NCBI GenBank assembly: GCA_024278215.1
Contig: JAJRTR010000152.1
Span: 1 to 34,552, forward strand
Length of the DNA stretch: 34,552 bases
From: a bacterium
Lineage (GTDB): Bacteria > UBP15 > UBA6099 > JAJRTR01
Direction: 5' to 3'
Shown here: positions 8,446 through 17,061 of the stretch, one piece after another
Layout of the letters: every line of letters begins with the position of its first letter
Numbering within the stretch: position 1 is the stretch's first letter
The notes under the pieces: generated by a model
What the model saw: only the letters and a program-made list of their open reading frames with translations
Database searches by the model: none
What the model was told of the DNA's origin: nothing
Made by a program: the position numbers and the translations under genes

Positions 8446-8649
8446 TTATTCAGATTTTATCCCAAGACCTTCGTTTAATGATCGGCGATATTGTATCACT
8501 TTTTTTACGATTTCGTCAACAGAATCTTTCAATACAAGTTTTTTCCCTGTCGTGAGCGTTATTACCGTGTCCGGTGTCGATTCGATAAATTCTATATAGT
8601 CCGAATTCACGATTATGATTTGATCATTAAGTTTTCGGACTTCGATCAT
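8446..8649 (-). CDS. flbD: Flagellar FlbD/SwrD family protein
   Basis: 67 aa; MIEVRKLN...VNSDYIEFIESTPDTVITLTTGKKLVLKDSVDEIV signature. Confidence 0.93.
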   Translation of the reverse strand: MIEVRKLNDQIIIVNSDYIEFIESTPDTVITLTTGKKLVLKDSVDEIVKKVIQYRRSLNEGLGIKSE

Positions 8650-8816
8650 GTTATAATATTCTCCGAGTGAAGTTTACATTTTTTCCCGCTGAAGGTAAAT
8701 ATCTTTTATAAAAAAAGTGTTTTTCTATAATGTTTTGTATTTCCGGGAACAAACATTTCTTGCCGATGTTTACACTGCACCCTCTTTATTTACTGCCTTT
8801 CCACGGGTTGTTCATC

Positions 8817-9713
8817 CTATGGCCGCAACTTTTTTTCTATTATTGTGTTTATGCTTTTCCTGTATCCCGGAAACCTTTCGAGGTAATCTTTCAAGGGCAT
8901 CTCCCTGATAAGGTCGGAATACATTATACCGCCTTCCGTGGAATTGTATACGCTTAATTTACCACATTTTATGTCTTTGTCAACCTTAAAGAAATCAAGG
9001 AGCCATTCGTAGCCCGCGAGATAGCCCGGCGCGGAGTACACTTTGTTGCCCCAGTGGTCTGTTCCTTCGTACCATCGCGCGCTGGTGTCGGAGGGCTTGT
9101 CCTGGCACAGATCGTTGCCCGTGAAGGTGATGGGGTTGCAGCCTGCTATCTTTGCGCATATAAAGGCGACGTTGCCGACGTTGACCGCGCCGGGTATGGC
9201 TGTGATCCTGTTTCCGGCCTGCTCCGTCATGTTCTGCGCGGCCTCCACGTAGCCTGTGTCGTAGTCGGTGATGTTGTAGAGCACAACATTCTTCCAGGGC
9301 AGGTCGAATACGCTGTGGTCGATATAGGCGGCGGCGATGAGTGTTGTGCGGCGCGTGTCCATCCCGCTGAAGAATGTGGCGACGCGCGGTGACGCGTCGC
9401 CGACTATCGTGAAGTGCGGTACGGTACCCTTTTCGTGGAGCTGTCCGAACGCTCTGTCTGTGCAGAAAAGTGGGTGGCTTTTTCCGGCTTCCGCGAGCAG
9501 ATCGATATTTTTGCTAAGGCTGGGTCCCGCGCCCACGACTATGCCAGGCATGTCCCAGAAAGCGTCCTGTATTGCTTTGACGTCGTAGGCTTTTGCGATT
9601 ATGTCGAAATTGTTCCTGATGTTGGCCAGCCATAAGCCGCGCTGTTTGCGCCCGTCCTGGTGGACGAATGTTTTTCTTATCGCGCTGTCACGCCGCTGTT
9701 GCTTTTCAGTCAT
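8817..9713 (-). CDS. Motility-associated factor (Maf/DUF115, MptE-like) putative glycosyltransferase
   Basis: WLANIRNN, GIVVGAGPSLSKNIDLL, GCNPITFTGNDL and VYNSTEGG motifs match the MAF_flag10/DUF115 core. Confidence 0.85.
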   Translation of the reverse strand: MTEKQQRRDSAIRKTFVHQDGRKQRGLWLANIRNNFDIIAKAYDVKAIQDAFWDMPGIVVGAGPSLSKNIDLLAEAGKSHPLFCTDRAFGQLHEKGTVPHFTIVGDASPRVATFFSGMDTRRTTLIAAAYIDHSVFDLPWKNVVLYNITDYDTGYVEAAQNMTEQAGNRITAIPGAVNVGNVAFICAKIAGCNPITFTGNDLCQDKPSDTSARWYEGTDHWGNKVYSAPGYLAGYEWLLDFFKVDKDIKCGKLSVYNSTEGGIMYSDLIREMPLKDYLERFPGYRKSINTIIEKKLRP

Positions 9714-9793
9714 TTGTTTCTTTTTTTCCTGCCTGTTATATACACCGTTTGTAAAATGTCGACGTGTTTCTGTTGTTCGGCATGAATTTGCAT

Positions 9794-9823
9794 ATTATAC
9801 ATCCTGTATCATGTGCTAAGCAA
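9794..9823 (-). promoter_or_regulatory. Putative sigma70 promoter for the maf-like gene and downstream genes
   Basis: TTGCTT-N18-TATAAT, located after the flgE terminator. Confidence 0.55.
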
Positions 9824-9946
9824 TTTCTACGCCCTGAACTATTGAGAGACATGCCATTAGGCTCCACGCTCGGTGGATGCCATTTCCGGGTGATTTTTCT
9901 ATAGCCCTCACTCAAGAAGACATAAACGGCTCCGCGCAGAAGAGAT

Positions 9947-9976
9947 AAAAAAAGCCGGCCCGCTGCGGGGCCGGCT
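9947..9976 (-). terminator. Rho-independent terminator after flgE
   Basis: AGCCGGCCC-CGCAGC-GGGCCGGCT stem-loop followed by a T-run on the minus strand. Confidence 0.9.
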
Positions 9977-10007
9977 GAATTATCTCGACGAGACTATCTG
10001 GTGGTTA

Positions 10008-13000
10008 TTAACGTTTAAGGTTGATAACCTCCGTGAGCATCTCGTCAGAAGTGGTGATTATTCTTGAGTTGGCCTGGAATCCGCGTTCTGTGATGATCAT
10101 GTTCGTGAATTCCGAGATTATGTCTACGTTGGACTGTTCGAGAGAACCGCCGACGATGGAGCCCGCGCCGCCTACGAAGGCAGGTACTATGTTCGGAAGG
10201 CCCGTGTTGGCCGAAAGCGAGAACACGTTGCTGCCTTCCTTGTGCAGACCTTCTTCGTTGGGGAACATGGCGAGTCCGAGTTGCGCAATGGGTTTCACTA
10301 CGTTGTTCGAGTAGCGGCCCTCGATGATGCCGTTCTGGTCGACTGCGAATGTCTCGAGTATGCCCATTTCCCAACCGTTCTGCTCGTAGGCGCGGGTTGT
10401 GAAGTCGGATGCATACTGCGTGACGCCGTCGATGGGTACTCCGTGTCCGTCGACATCAAGGTCGATGGAAACATTTTCGGTGGCTTCCGTGCTGTTGCCG
10501 TTGGCTCCGATGGGTGACGGGTCGAACATGATGGGTCCGATGTTGCCCGCGAGTTTGCTGGTGACGATGAGTCCGTTTTCGTCGAACTCGATCTGGCCGT
10601 TGAGCTTGGCGCTGGAGACATCGGAGTCTACGATATCCATGCTGTCGAATGAGAATACGTCCGAGAAAGGAAGTTCGGCTCTCCAGTACCAGCGGTTCTG
10701 GTAGCGGATTTGTTCTGTGAGATCATAGTTGGAGCCGACGTGTGTGAAGACGAACTGGAGAGTGTGAGTGTCGCCGAGTGAGTCATAGACGTCGATCGAG
10801 GTTCTGTATACATCACCCGCCTGGAACCTGGTCGAGGTTTTTGCGGTAGGCTCGGTTGAAGTCGCCTGGTCGTTGATGGTTCCTGGAGTAGAAGCGCTCC
10901 TGTCCGCATTAATGGAAGAGAACATGGTGTTGAAAGCGGTGCGCGCTTTGCCTGCGCCGCCGGCGCTGACTTCCGCGTATTCCTGCGCGAAGTCCGCCCA
11001 TCGGGAGTTCATGATGGTAGCGGGGGGTTCGAGGAGGCGGTCTTCAGTAGTGTAATCGGCGGTGAGGCGGACTGTGCCTGTGAAGCCGGCGTTGCCGGGG
11101 TTGGCGGCACCTGTGCTTGCGCCGAATACAGCATCGGCGGAAGTGCTGTCCCACTTGAGTGAGATCTGGCCTGTTGTGGCGTCGATCGTGTAGTCCACTC
11201 CCTCAACAAGCAGGTTGTTGTCCGCGGTGTCTGTGCGATACGAAAATACCATTGCAGCGTTTGCCGAAGGACTGTTACCGCCTACTGTGTTGAAGTAAAC
11301 TCTCGGAACGCCGAGGTTGCCACTTGCGTCGTTACCGAGTGAAATCAGGTATTCGTTGGCCGCGCCCGTGAAGACTTCTACTTCTCTCCACACTGTGCCG
11401 TCGACGGAGAGTTCGCCCGTATCTTCGATCATTTTCAGATCGCCGCCGTCTGTGTAGCCTTTCCAGTCTGTGAGATCAACATACTGGTAACCATCGGCGT
11501 TGAGTCCGCCGAGTCCGGCCGACCATGTCTGGTCGAGCCGCGAGCGGATGACCTGTGCGTAGAGTTGCGCGGAGCCATTGACGTTGCCGTAATCGAGGTT
11601 GGCCGACGTGGTCTGGTAGTCGAAGTTGGCGATGTGTTCGCGGGTCATCGCGCCGCCGAGACCGCCGTTGATGAGTCCGAGGCGTGTGCCTGTAAGTGTC
11701 GGGTATGTGGACTCGCGGAGCAGGTATCCCTGCCTGATGCCGGAACCGGATACCGCGTTGATTTCGACGTGGATGTCGTTGTAGTCGCGTGATCCTGTTA
11801 CATCATTATTATAGATGTAAAACTTTGCTTCGTCCGTGTTGTACTTGACTGTGGCGTCCATTGTGCCGTTGACGTCGATGGCGTCGAGCGCGTTCTGAAT
11901 GACGGTTTCAAGGTCTCCGATGTCGGTGTCGTTGGATACCTGGTAGTAAAGGTACTTGTCGCCTTCATAGACCGAAGTGCTTTCCGCGCTTAACTGTGTG
12001 AAGTATGTCACGCTTGCTGTCGCGAGCGGGTCCGCGTCTCCGACATTTCCGCTGACATAGATCATGCCCGTGTCCGGGTCTATCGTGAAGAAACCCGCGC
12101 CTCTTGCGGCAAGGTCGTCAGGACTGTCGAATACGCGGGTGAGCGCAGCTAGATTACCACCGAAGGTGAGGTCATAGGCACCACCGTTCTGCGGGTCCAT
12201 GAGGGGCAGGTTCGATTCGGAGATGAGGCTTGTATATCGCCACAGTGTTCCTGTTTTCGCTGCGTCACTGGCATAAACATCCGTTCCTCCGCCTGTGATA
12301 TTCAGTGTGGAAGATGTAGCTGACGTGAGATCAGGCTGTTGGATGTACTGTGTATCGACGTGAATTTCGAGCCAGTCACCTTCGCGGATGCCGAGGTGCT
12401 CGGGGTTGACCTGGTCGTTGTCGTAGAGGTCTACGAGCAGGTCGTTCTTTGTGGCGAACCCTTCGCGGGGGTCAACGCCGTCGGCAATCAGCGAGCGTGA
12501 GCCTTCGTCGAGGTTGCACTTGAGGCCAACCTTGTTTGTCGCTGCCGCTTCGAGTTTTTCGCCGACCTGGAAATCGATGTTGCCGACGGGCCTGGTAGTG
12601 TCGACAGTGAAATCGTGGTCATCTGTAACCTTAATGCGGCTCCAGCCCTGCACGTAGCGGCCGTTGGCGTTGACGAGGCTGCCTTCTTTGTCGAGCGCGA
12701 AAGCGCCGTCACGTGTATAGACAGTGTCGCCGGAGCCGTCTTTGAGCACGAACCAGCCGTTGCCGTCGACGGCTACGTCTGTGAGGCGGCCTGTGGTTTC
12801 GATCTGCCCCTGGTTCATGATGTTTGTCACCGATACGGTGGAAACACCGAGCCCTACCTGTAGTGGGTTTGTGCCGCCGCGACCGCCGCGTGGCGCCGAA
12901 GCGGATTGATATGTGCGGCTCAGCAGGTCCGCGAATGTTGCGCGTCCCTGTTTAAAGCCGTAAGTATTGACATTGGCAATGTTGTTGCCGATTACATCCA

Positions 13001-13055
13001 TGCGCGTCTGGTGATTTTTCAATCCCAGTACGCCGGTGTATAACGACGAATTCAT
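10008..13055 (-). CDS. flgE: Flagellar hook protein FlgE, unusually large (1015 aa)
   Basis: SLYTGVLGLKNHQTRMDVIGNNIANVNTYGFK, DVAVDGNGWF, YTRDGAF, IDVYDSLG and LEQSNVDIISEFTNMIITERGFQANSRIITTSDEML; follows flgD; SD GGGAGG. Confidence 0.96.
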   Translation of the reverse strand: MNSSLYTGVLGLKNHQTRMDVIGNNIANVNTYGFKQGRATFADLLSRTYQSASAPRGGRGGTNPLQVGLGVSTVSVTNIMNQGQIETTGRLTDVAVDGNGWFVLKDGSGDTVYTRDGAFALDKEGSLVNANGRYVQGWSRIKVTDDHDFTVDTTRPVGNIDFQVGEKLEAAATNKVGLKCNLDEGSRSLIADGVDPREGFATKNDLLVDLYDNDQVNPEHLGIREGDWLEIHVDTQYIQQPDLTSATSSTLNITGGGTDVYASDAAKTGTLWRYTSLISESNLPLMDPQNGGAYDLTFGGNLAALTRVFDSPDDLAARGAGFFTIDPDTGMIYVSGNVGDADPLATASVTYFTQLSAESTSVYEGDKYLYYQVSNDTDIGDLETVIQNALDAIDVNGTMDATVKYNTDEAKFYIYNNDVTGSRDYNDIHVEINAVSGSGIRQGYLLRESTYPTLTGTRLGLINGGLGGAMTREHIANFDYQTTSANLDYGNVNGSAQLYAQVIRSRLDQTWSAGLGGLNADGYQYVDLTDWKGYTDGGDLKMIEDTGELSVDGTVWREVEVFTGAANEYLISLGNDASGNLGVPRVYFNTVGGNSPSANAAMVFSYRTDTADNNLLVEGVDYTIDATTGQISLKWDSTSADAVFGASTGAANPGNAGFTGTVRLTADYTTEDRLLEPPATIMNSRWADFAQEYAEVSAGGAGKARTAFNTMFSSINADRSASTPGTINDQATSTEPTAKTSTRFQAGDVYRTSIDVYDSLGDTHTLQFVFTHVGSNYDLTEQIRYQNRWYWRAELPFSDVFSFDSMDIVDSDVSSAKLNGQIEFDENGLIVTSKLAGNIGPIMFDPSPIGANGNSTEATENVSIDLDVDGHGVPIDGVTQYASDFTTRAYEQNGWEMGILETFAVDQNGIIEGRYSNNVVKPIAQLGLAMFPNEEGLHKEGSNVFSLSANTGLPNIVPAFVGGAGSIVGGSLEQSNVDIISEFTNMIITERGFQANSRIITTSDEMLTEVINLKR

Positions 13056-13287
13056 TGAATCCTCCCTTAAGAACCTTCAAAGATTTTCACATAAGGATGG
13101 ACTAAAGCGTATCGTCTGCCGCGCGCTGCCATAGCCCGCGGGGTTCGAGGCTTTTATCGTTGCCGGCGGGGATGAGTTGAGTTGATCGGCATTCCCATGG
13201 CTGGGGATGAGTCTGTGACCCTAGAGCGCACAAACCGTTCGATGTCCCGTTGCCGGCGCAGTCCCTTACGTGTTGAAGTTAGTGTGT

Positions 13288-13340
13288 GGCCGCATCTGTC
13301 GATCAGCGGCCGGGGGGCTTCCTCGGAGAGGTCCAGCCCC
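13288..13340 (-). ncRNA. Candidate two-hairpin cis-regulatory RNA between the TIGR02530-like gene and flgE
   Basis: GGGGCU-GGA-CCUC-UCC-GAGG-A-AGCCCC, then GGCCGC-UGAUCGACAGAU-GCGGCC; no U-tract, so not a standard terminator. Confidence 0.45.
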
Positions 13341-13368
13341 AATTCCTTTCAAAATAATCTCTTGCTCA

Positions 13369-13761
13369 TCACGCGATTACCGCGCTGTCAATATTGGTCA
13401 CGACGTTCTCTTTCATGCTGTCCGTATCAATCGCCGTTATCACGGTGCGATTGGACACGCTGACGACGAACGCCATGCCATTCAGGAGAACCAGAGATTC
13501 CTTTGACCCTTTGTCCGAAGCCCTGTCGACCGCGTTGCTCAGGCGCGACATGTCTTCATCGTCCAGCTTTATGTCGCGCTGGGCGAGTCGTTTGCGGGCA
13601 TGTGCCGAGAATTCGACTTTGGACGTTTTCTCATGCAGAATGCGCTGAAATTCGGTCTTGCCGGCTGATACTCGCCTTTGCTGCGCCGGTGCCGCCGGCG
13701 CGCCTAACTGGTCTATACGTTGCGGCTTAGGTACCTGTGGGCCGTACATTTTTGAAACCAT
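13369..13761 (-). CDS. Flagellar operon protein (TIGR02530/DUF3766-like)
   Basis: VEFSAHARKRLAQRDI...AVDRASDKGSKESLVL...FVVSVSNRTVITA...ENVVTNIDSAVI; located between flgD and flgE; SD GGAGGTG. Confidence 0.9.
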   Translation of the reverse strand: MVSKMYGPQVPKPQRIDQLGAPAAPAQQRRVSAGKTEFQRILHEKTSKVEFSAHARKRLAQRDIKLDDEDMSRLSNAVDRASDKGSKESLVLLNGMAFVVSVSNRTVITAIDTDSMKENVVTNIDSAVIA

Positions 13762-13807
13762 CTGGTATCACCTCCTTTTGCTTTAGTGTCCATAATCGAA
13801 CCGCCGG

Positions 13808-14416
13808 TTAAGACGGCAATGATACAGCCAGGATGTCGGAGAGGCCGAGTTCTACATCATCATCACCAACTATAAGTTTCGGGAAGCCTGAAGACAGGTC
13901 GACTGTCTTGACGAGTCCGGTAGCCTTGTTGCCGTCGCCGTCCAGGTATGTGACATCTTTACCTATCAGGTATGCGGAGTCGCTGAGAATGGATGCGGTA
14001 CTCAACTGGCCGAGGCCGATAATGTCATCGAGACTGACGGAATGGTCGCCGACCTGAAGGGCCGGCACGCCGTCTTCAACTGTGACGGATTCCACCATGC
14101 CTGTGTACATCTCTCCTTCTGAATCCTGGAACGCGATTGTCTGTCCTACCAGACCGGAGGCCTGTGACAACTGTTGCGCCTGGGCCATAGTCGCGAAACT
14201 TTCGTTGAGGTTTATCATCTCCTCGAGCGAGTTAAACTGCGCGAGTTGTGCGATAAAATCCTCGTTTTTGAGCGGGTCCAGAGGGTCCTGGTTCTTCAGT
14301 TGTTCCACGAGCAGCCTCAGAAATGCGTCTTTGTCGAGATTCGACGAAGATTTCTCTGCCTCCTTTGACTGCAGGGCTTCCAGCGAAAAATCGTTGATAA
14401 TTGAATTTATTCCCAT
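13808..14416 (-). CDS. flgD: Hook capping protein FlgD
   Basis: LDKDAFLRLLVEQLKNQDPLDP...FIAQLAQFNSLEEM; C-terminal domain present twice. Confidence 0.96.
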   Translation of the reverse strand: MGINSIINDFSLEALQSKEAEKSSSNLDKDAFLRLLVEQLKNQDPLDPLKNEDFIAQLAQFNSLEEMINLNESFATMAQAQQLSQASGLVGQTIAFQDSEGEMYTGMVESVTVEDGVPALQVGDHSVSLDDIIGLGQLSTASILSDSAYLIGKDVTYLDGDGNKATGLVKTVDLSSGFPKLIVGDDDVELGLSDILAVSLPS

Positions 14417-14446
14417 TGTAGTGCTCCTCTCTCCAAATCAAAGCTT

Positions 14447-16558
14447 TCAGGCGAGATAGCTTACACGCGCTTGCGCGTTCAATTCTCCTCCGCTCCTGCC
14501 GTAGGTAAAGCCTTCCGCGCCGATGTAGGCGGGTTCCGCTCCACCGGGTACCGGTTCCATTCCGTTCTCGCCGCCGTAGGAATCCATTCCTATAGCATAT
14601 ACCGGATTGTAGCCGTCGCCCGCAGTATCTTCCGCTCCGTTGTGCGCTTCGTGTCCGTTGCCGCCGGTGTCTACCGTGACCTCGAACTGGCTGACTTTCA
14701 CGCCCTGATCCTGCAGGGACTGTTTTAGCTGGCCCAGGTTACTCTCGATAATCGCTTTCACCTCATGGCTGCTTGCGGTTATCTTGGCGAGCACCGTGTC
14801 CTGTTCCACACGGATTTTCAGGTGCACGTCGCCCAGGTTGCCGGGCTTCAGGAACACTCTGAGTTCGCCGTTCGCACTGCTGAGAGAAGAAAAGGAGATT
14901 CGCTGAACGATCTGGTTCATGACTGATTCATGAACATTTTGCCCTGGGGTCGAGTAACGGGGCTGGGCCGATTGGGATTGGAACAGCCGGCTTACAGTAC
15001 TTTGCGGTTGTCCGTTCCTTCCGAGGAATGCTATTCGCCCGGTACCCTGCTGTGCGTCACCTTTCCCATTGAGGCTGTCGCCGACAGGAGATTCGCTGAA
15101 CACTTTCGCGTTCTTTGTACTCGTCTCCTGCTTTGCCTGATCGGAGAAGTTCTGCAACCAGTCCTGCACGAATGTTGTCGCACTCACTTTTTTGATCAGC
15201 AGACTGTCGAGGCCGTTGTTGTCGCCGCCGCCGCGTCCGTTGAGCAGTGTCTGGAGCCTGTCGAAAAGGTCGCGCCTTTCCGAGCCGCCCTTTACTATCT
15301 GCTTCACCAGTGCTTCGGCTTCCAAGGATTTCATATACTCGTCGGATTGCAGAAACTGCGGGTCCGAGGGTAGCGCCTGGATTCTCGCTTTGGCAACATC
15401 TTCCGCGCCCTGTTCGGGCTTCATCGCCACCGCGAGCCTCAACTTGCCGCTCTGCCGGTCTTTCTGTGAGGCTATCAGACGTGCGAGTTCCTCTTTGCTT
15501 AGTCCCAGAGAATCGAGCAGTTTGAGAAGTTTATCGTCATCACCGTTTTCGATACTCGCCGACAGCGCTTCTATCGAATCGCTGCCGCTTGCGGTCGCGA
15601 GTTGTTCGAGCGGTACGGTCATGACCATATCGGTCTTCTCGAGTTGCATCCGGTCGATATTCACCAGTTGTGCCGACTTCAGGTCTTCCGCCGTGATCTC
15701 CAGGTTCAGCGCAGCCGATTCTCCGTCACCGGATGCCGGTTCGAGAGAAAATCTGATTCCTTCGCCGGTATTATCGCCGTCGCCGCCCTTTACGAGTTCT
15801 GTAAGCGGGATGAGCAGCCCCTGGTCGTCGGTGAGCTTCAGGAGAACTTTCACATCTTTAAGTGCGTCAGAGTCGAGAGCGTTCTGCCCGTTCATCAACA
15901 TACTCAGCATTTTGTACAGTTTGCTGTCCGGGTCCAACTCGATGGTGAGTTGTGCCGGTTGCTCTTCGCCGAATTTTCCGGCGTCTTCCATGCCTGACAG
16001 CATCAGAGCGAGCATCTGCATGATGATTCCGAGCATTTTCTCGTCTGCCGCATCTTCGCCCTTCGCCGCTTCTGCCTCAAGCTTGTCGATCAGCGCTTCG
16101 AGCTTTCTGTTCGCCTCGTCCTGCTTTTGAGCAAACTGCGCTGCCGCTGCGACTTCGCCGTCATTGGTCTTATCATCGACAGCTTCTTTCCTGTCGCTCG
16201 CGCCGCTTTCGGAAGTCTTATGCGATTTGCGGGTCTCATCGGTTCCTTTGCTCTCGCTTGTTTCGGCTCGTTTCCGGTCCGCATCCTTTTCGGATGTGCC
16301 GACCTTCTGCGATTCGGCTTTGTCGCGAGTCCGCTGCGCTCCATCTTTCGGCGCTACGCCCTCGGACTGTTTCGCCCGGTCACTTTGCGCCTTAACCGCT
16401 GAACAATCGTTGCGGCTCGTGCGCTTCATCGCCGAGCTGAAAGCGTCCTTGAAGAGCGAAGAAGTGTTCCCCTGGGGTTCGGCCTTAAGAGAAAACAGGT
16501 CTGTTGTCGCCGCCGTTGTCTTCGACAGCAACCCCATGAGCAAGTCCGTCGCTTGCAT
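14447..16558 (-). CDS. fliK: Hook-length control protein FliK (703 aa)
   Basis: Low-complexity N-terminus; C-terminal LKPGNLGDVHLKI...IIESNLGQLKQSLQDQGVKV domain; ends VSYLA; directly before flgD; SD GGAGGTG. Confidence 0.9.
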   Translation of the reverse strand: MQATDLLMGLLSKTTAATTDLFSLKAEPQGNTSSLFKDAFSSAMKRTSRNDCSAVKAQSDRAKQSEGVAPKDGAQRTRDKAESQKVGTSEKDADRKRAETSESKGTDETRKSHKTSESGASDRKEAVDDKTNDGEVAAAAQFAQKQDEANRKLEALIDKLEAEAAKGEDAADEKMLGIIMQMLALMLSGMEDAGKFGEEQPAQLTIELDPDSKLYKMLSMLMNGQNALDSDALKDVKVLLKLTDDQGLLIPLTELVKGGDGDNTGEGIRFSLEPASGDGESAALNLEITAEDLKSAQLVNIDRMQLEKTDMVMTVPLEQLATASGSDSIEALSASIENGDDDKLLKLLDSLGLSKEELARLIASQKDRQSGKLRLAVAMKPEQGAEDVAKARIQALPSDPQFLQSDEYMKSLEAEALVKQIVKGGSERRDLFDRLQTLLNGRGGGDNNGLDSLLIKKVSATTFVQDWLQNFSDQAKQETSTKNAKVFSESPVGDSLNGKGDAQQGTGRIAFLGRNGQPQSTVSRLFQSQSAQPRYSTPGQNVHESVMNQIVQRISFSSLSSANGELRVFLKPGNLGDVHLKIRVEQDTVLAKITASSHEVKAIIESNLGQLKQSLQDQGVKVSQFEVTVDTGGNGHEAHNGAEDTAGDGYNPVYAIGMDSYGGENGMEPVPGGAEPAYIGAEGFTYGRSGGELNAQARVSYLA

Positions 16559-17061
16559 CTATATCACCTCCTTCCTATTCAGTTGTTATTTACATCACCT
16601 CCGTGACATACGCTTTGATTATTGGGTTTATTTTCTCTCTAAGAACCACCGAATACTTCGGCAGTCTCTTAATAGCAATATATTATTATTTTCATTCTCC
16701 TTAGCGGCGCCTCTATTGGAATTGAATGCGCCGATATGGTTTTCGCTGTCGACCGGATTCAACATGAGACACAGATAAACGCTATTTCACAGCGTCAGGA
16801 ACTGGAAACAGACAGAAGCCGGTAAAAACGAATATACGCCATTTCGGTATTTGTAGTTGTTCGTTGAAGGGGGGGGTGAGTTGAAGATAGCTACCCCTGC
16901 CACAAACTCCTCCGATTATTTTCTTTCCACACGGTACGGACTAATATTTTTTTGTTTTCCGTCGCCGTTGTTGTAAAAAGACAGCCTGATAACGAGCGTT
17001 ATTATATAACAAAATTCCTTTTTAAAACAGCCTTTTAATAAAAATATTACGACAGCGCGAC

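Noticed and set aside
13183..13209. Sense-strand sigma28 promoter for flgE (GCCGATCA)
   Set aside because: The -35 position reads CATC, not TAAA-like.
13154..13342. 62-aa ORF in the flgE leader (TTG start)
   Set aside because: No recognisable homology, and it overlaps the hairpin element, which explains the sequence better. It cannot be fully excluded without Ribo-seq.
16670..16702. Mini-ORF MKIIIYCY in the fliK leader
   Set aside because: The SD-like AAGGAG is only 1 nt from the ATG, too close for efficient initiation.
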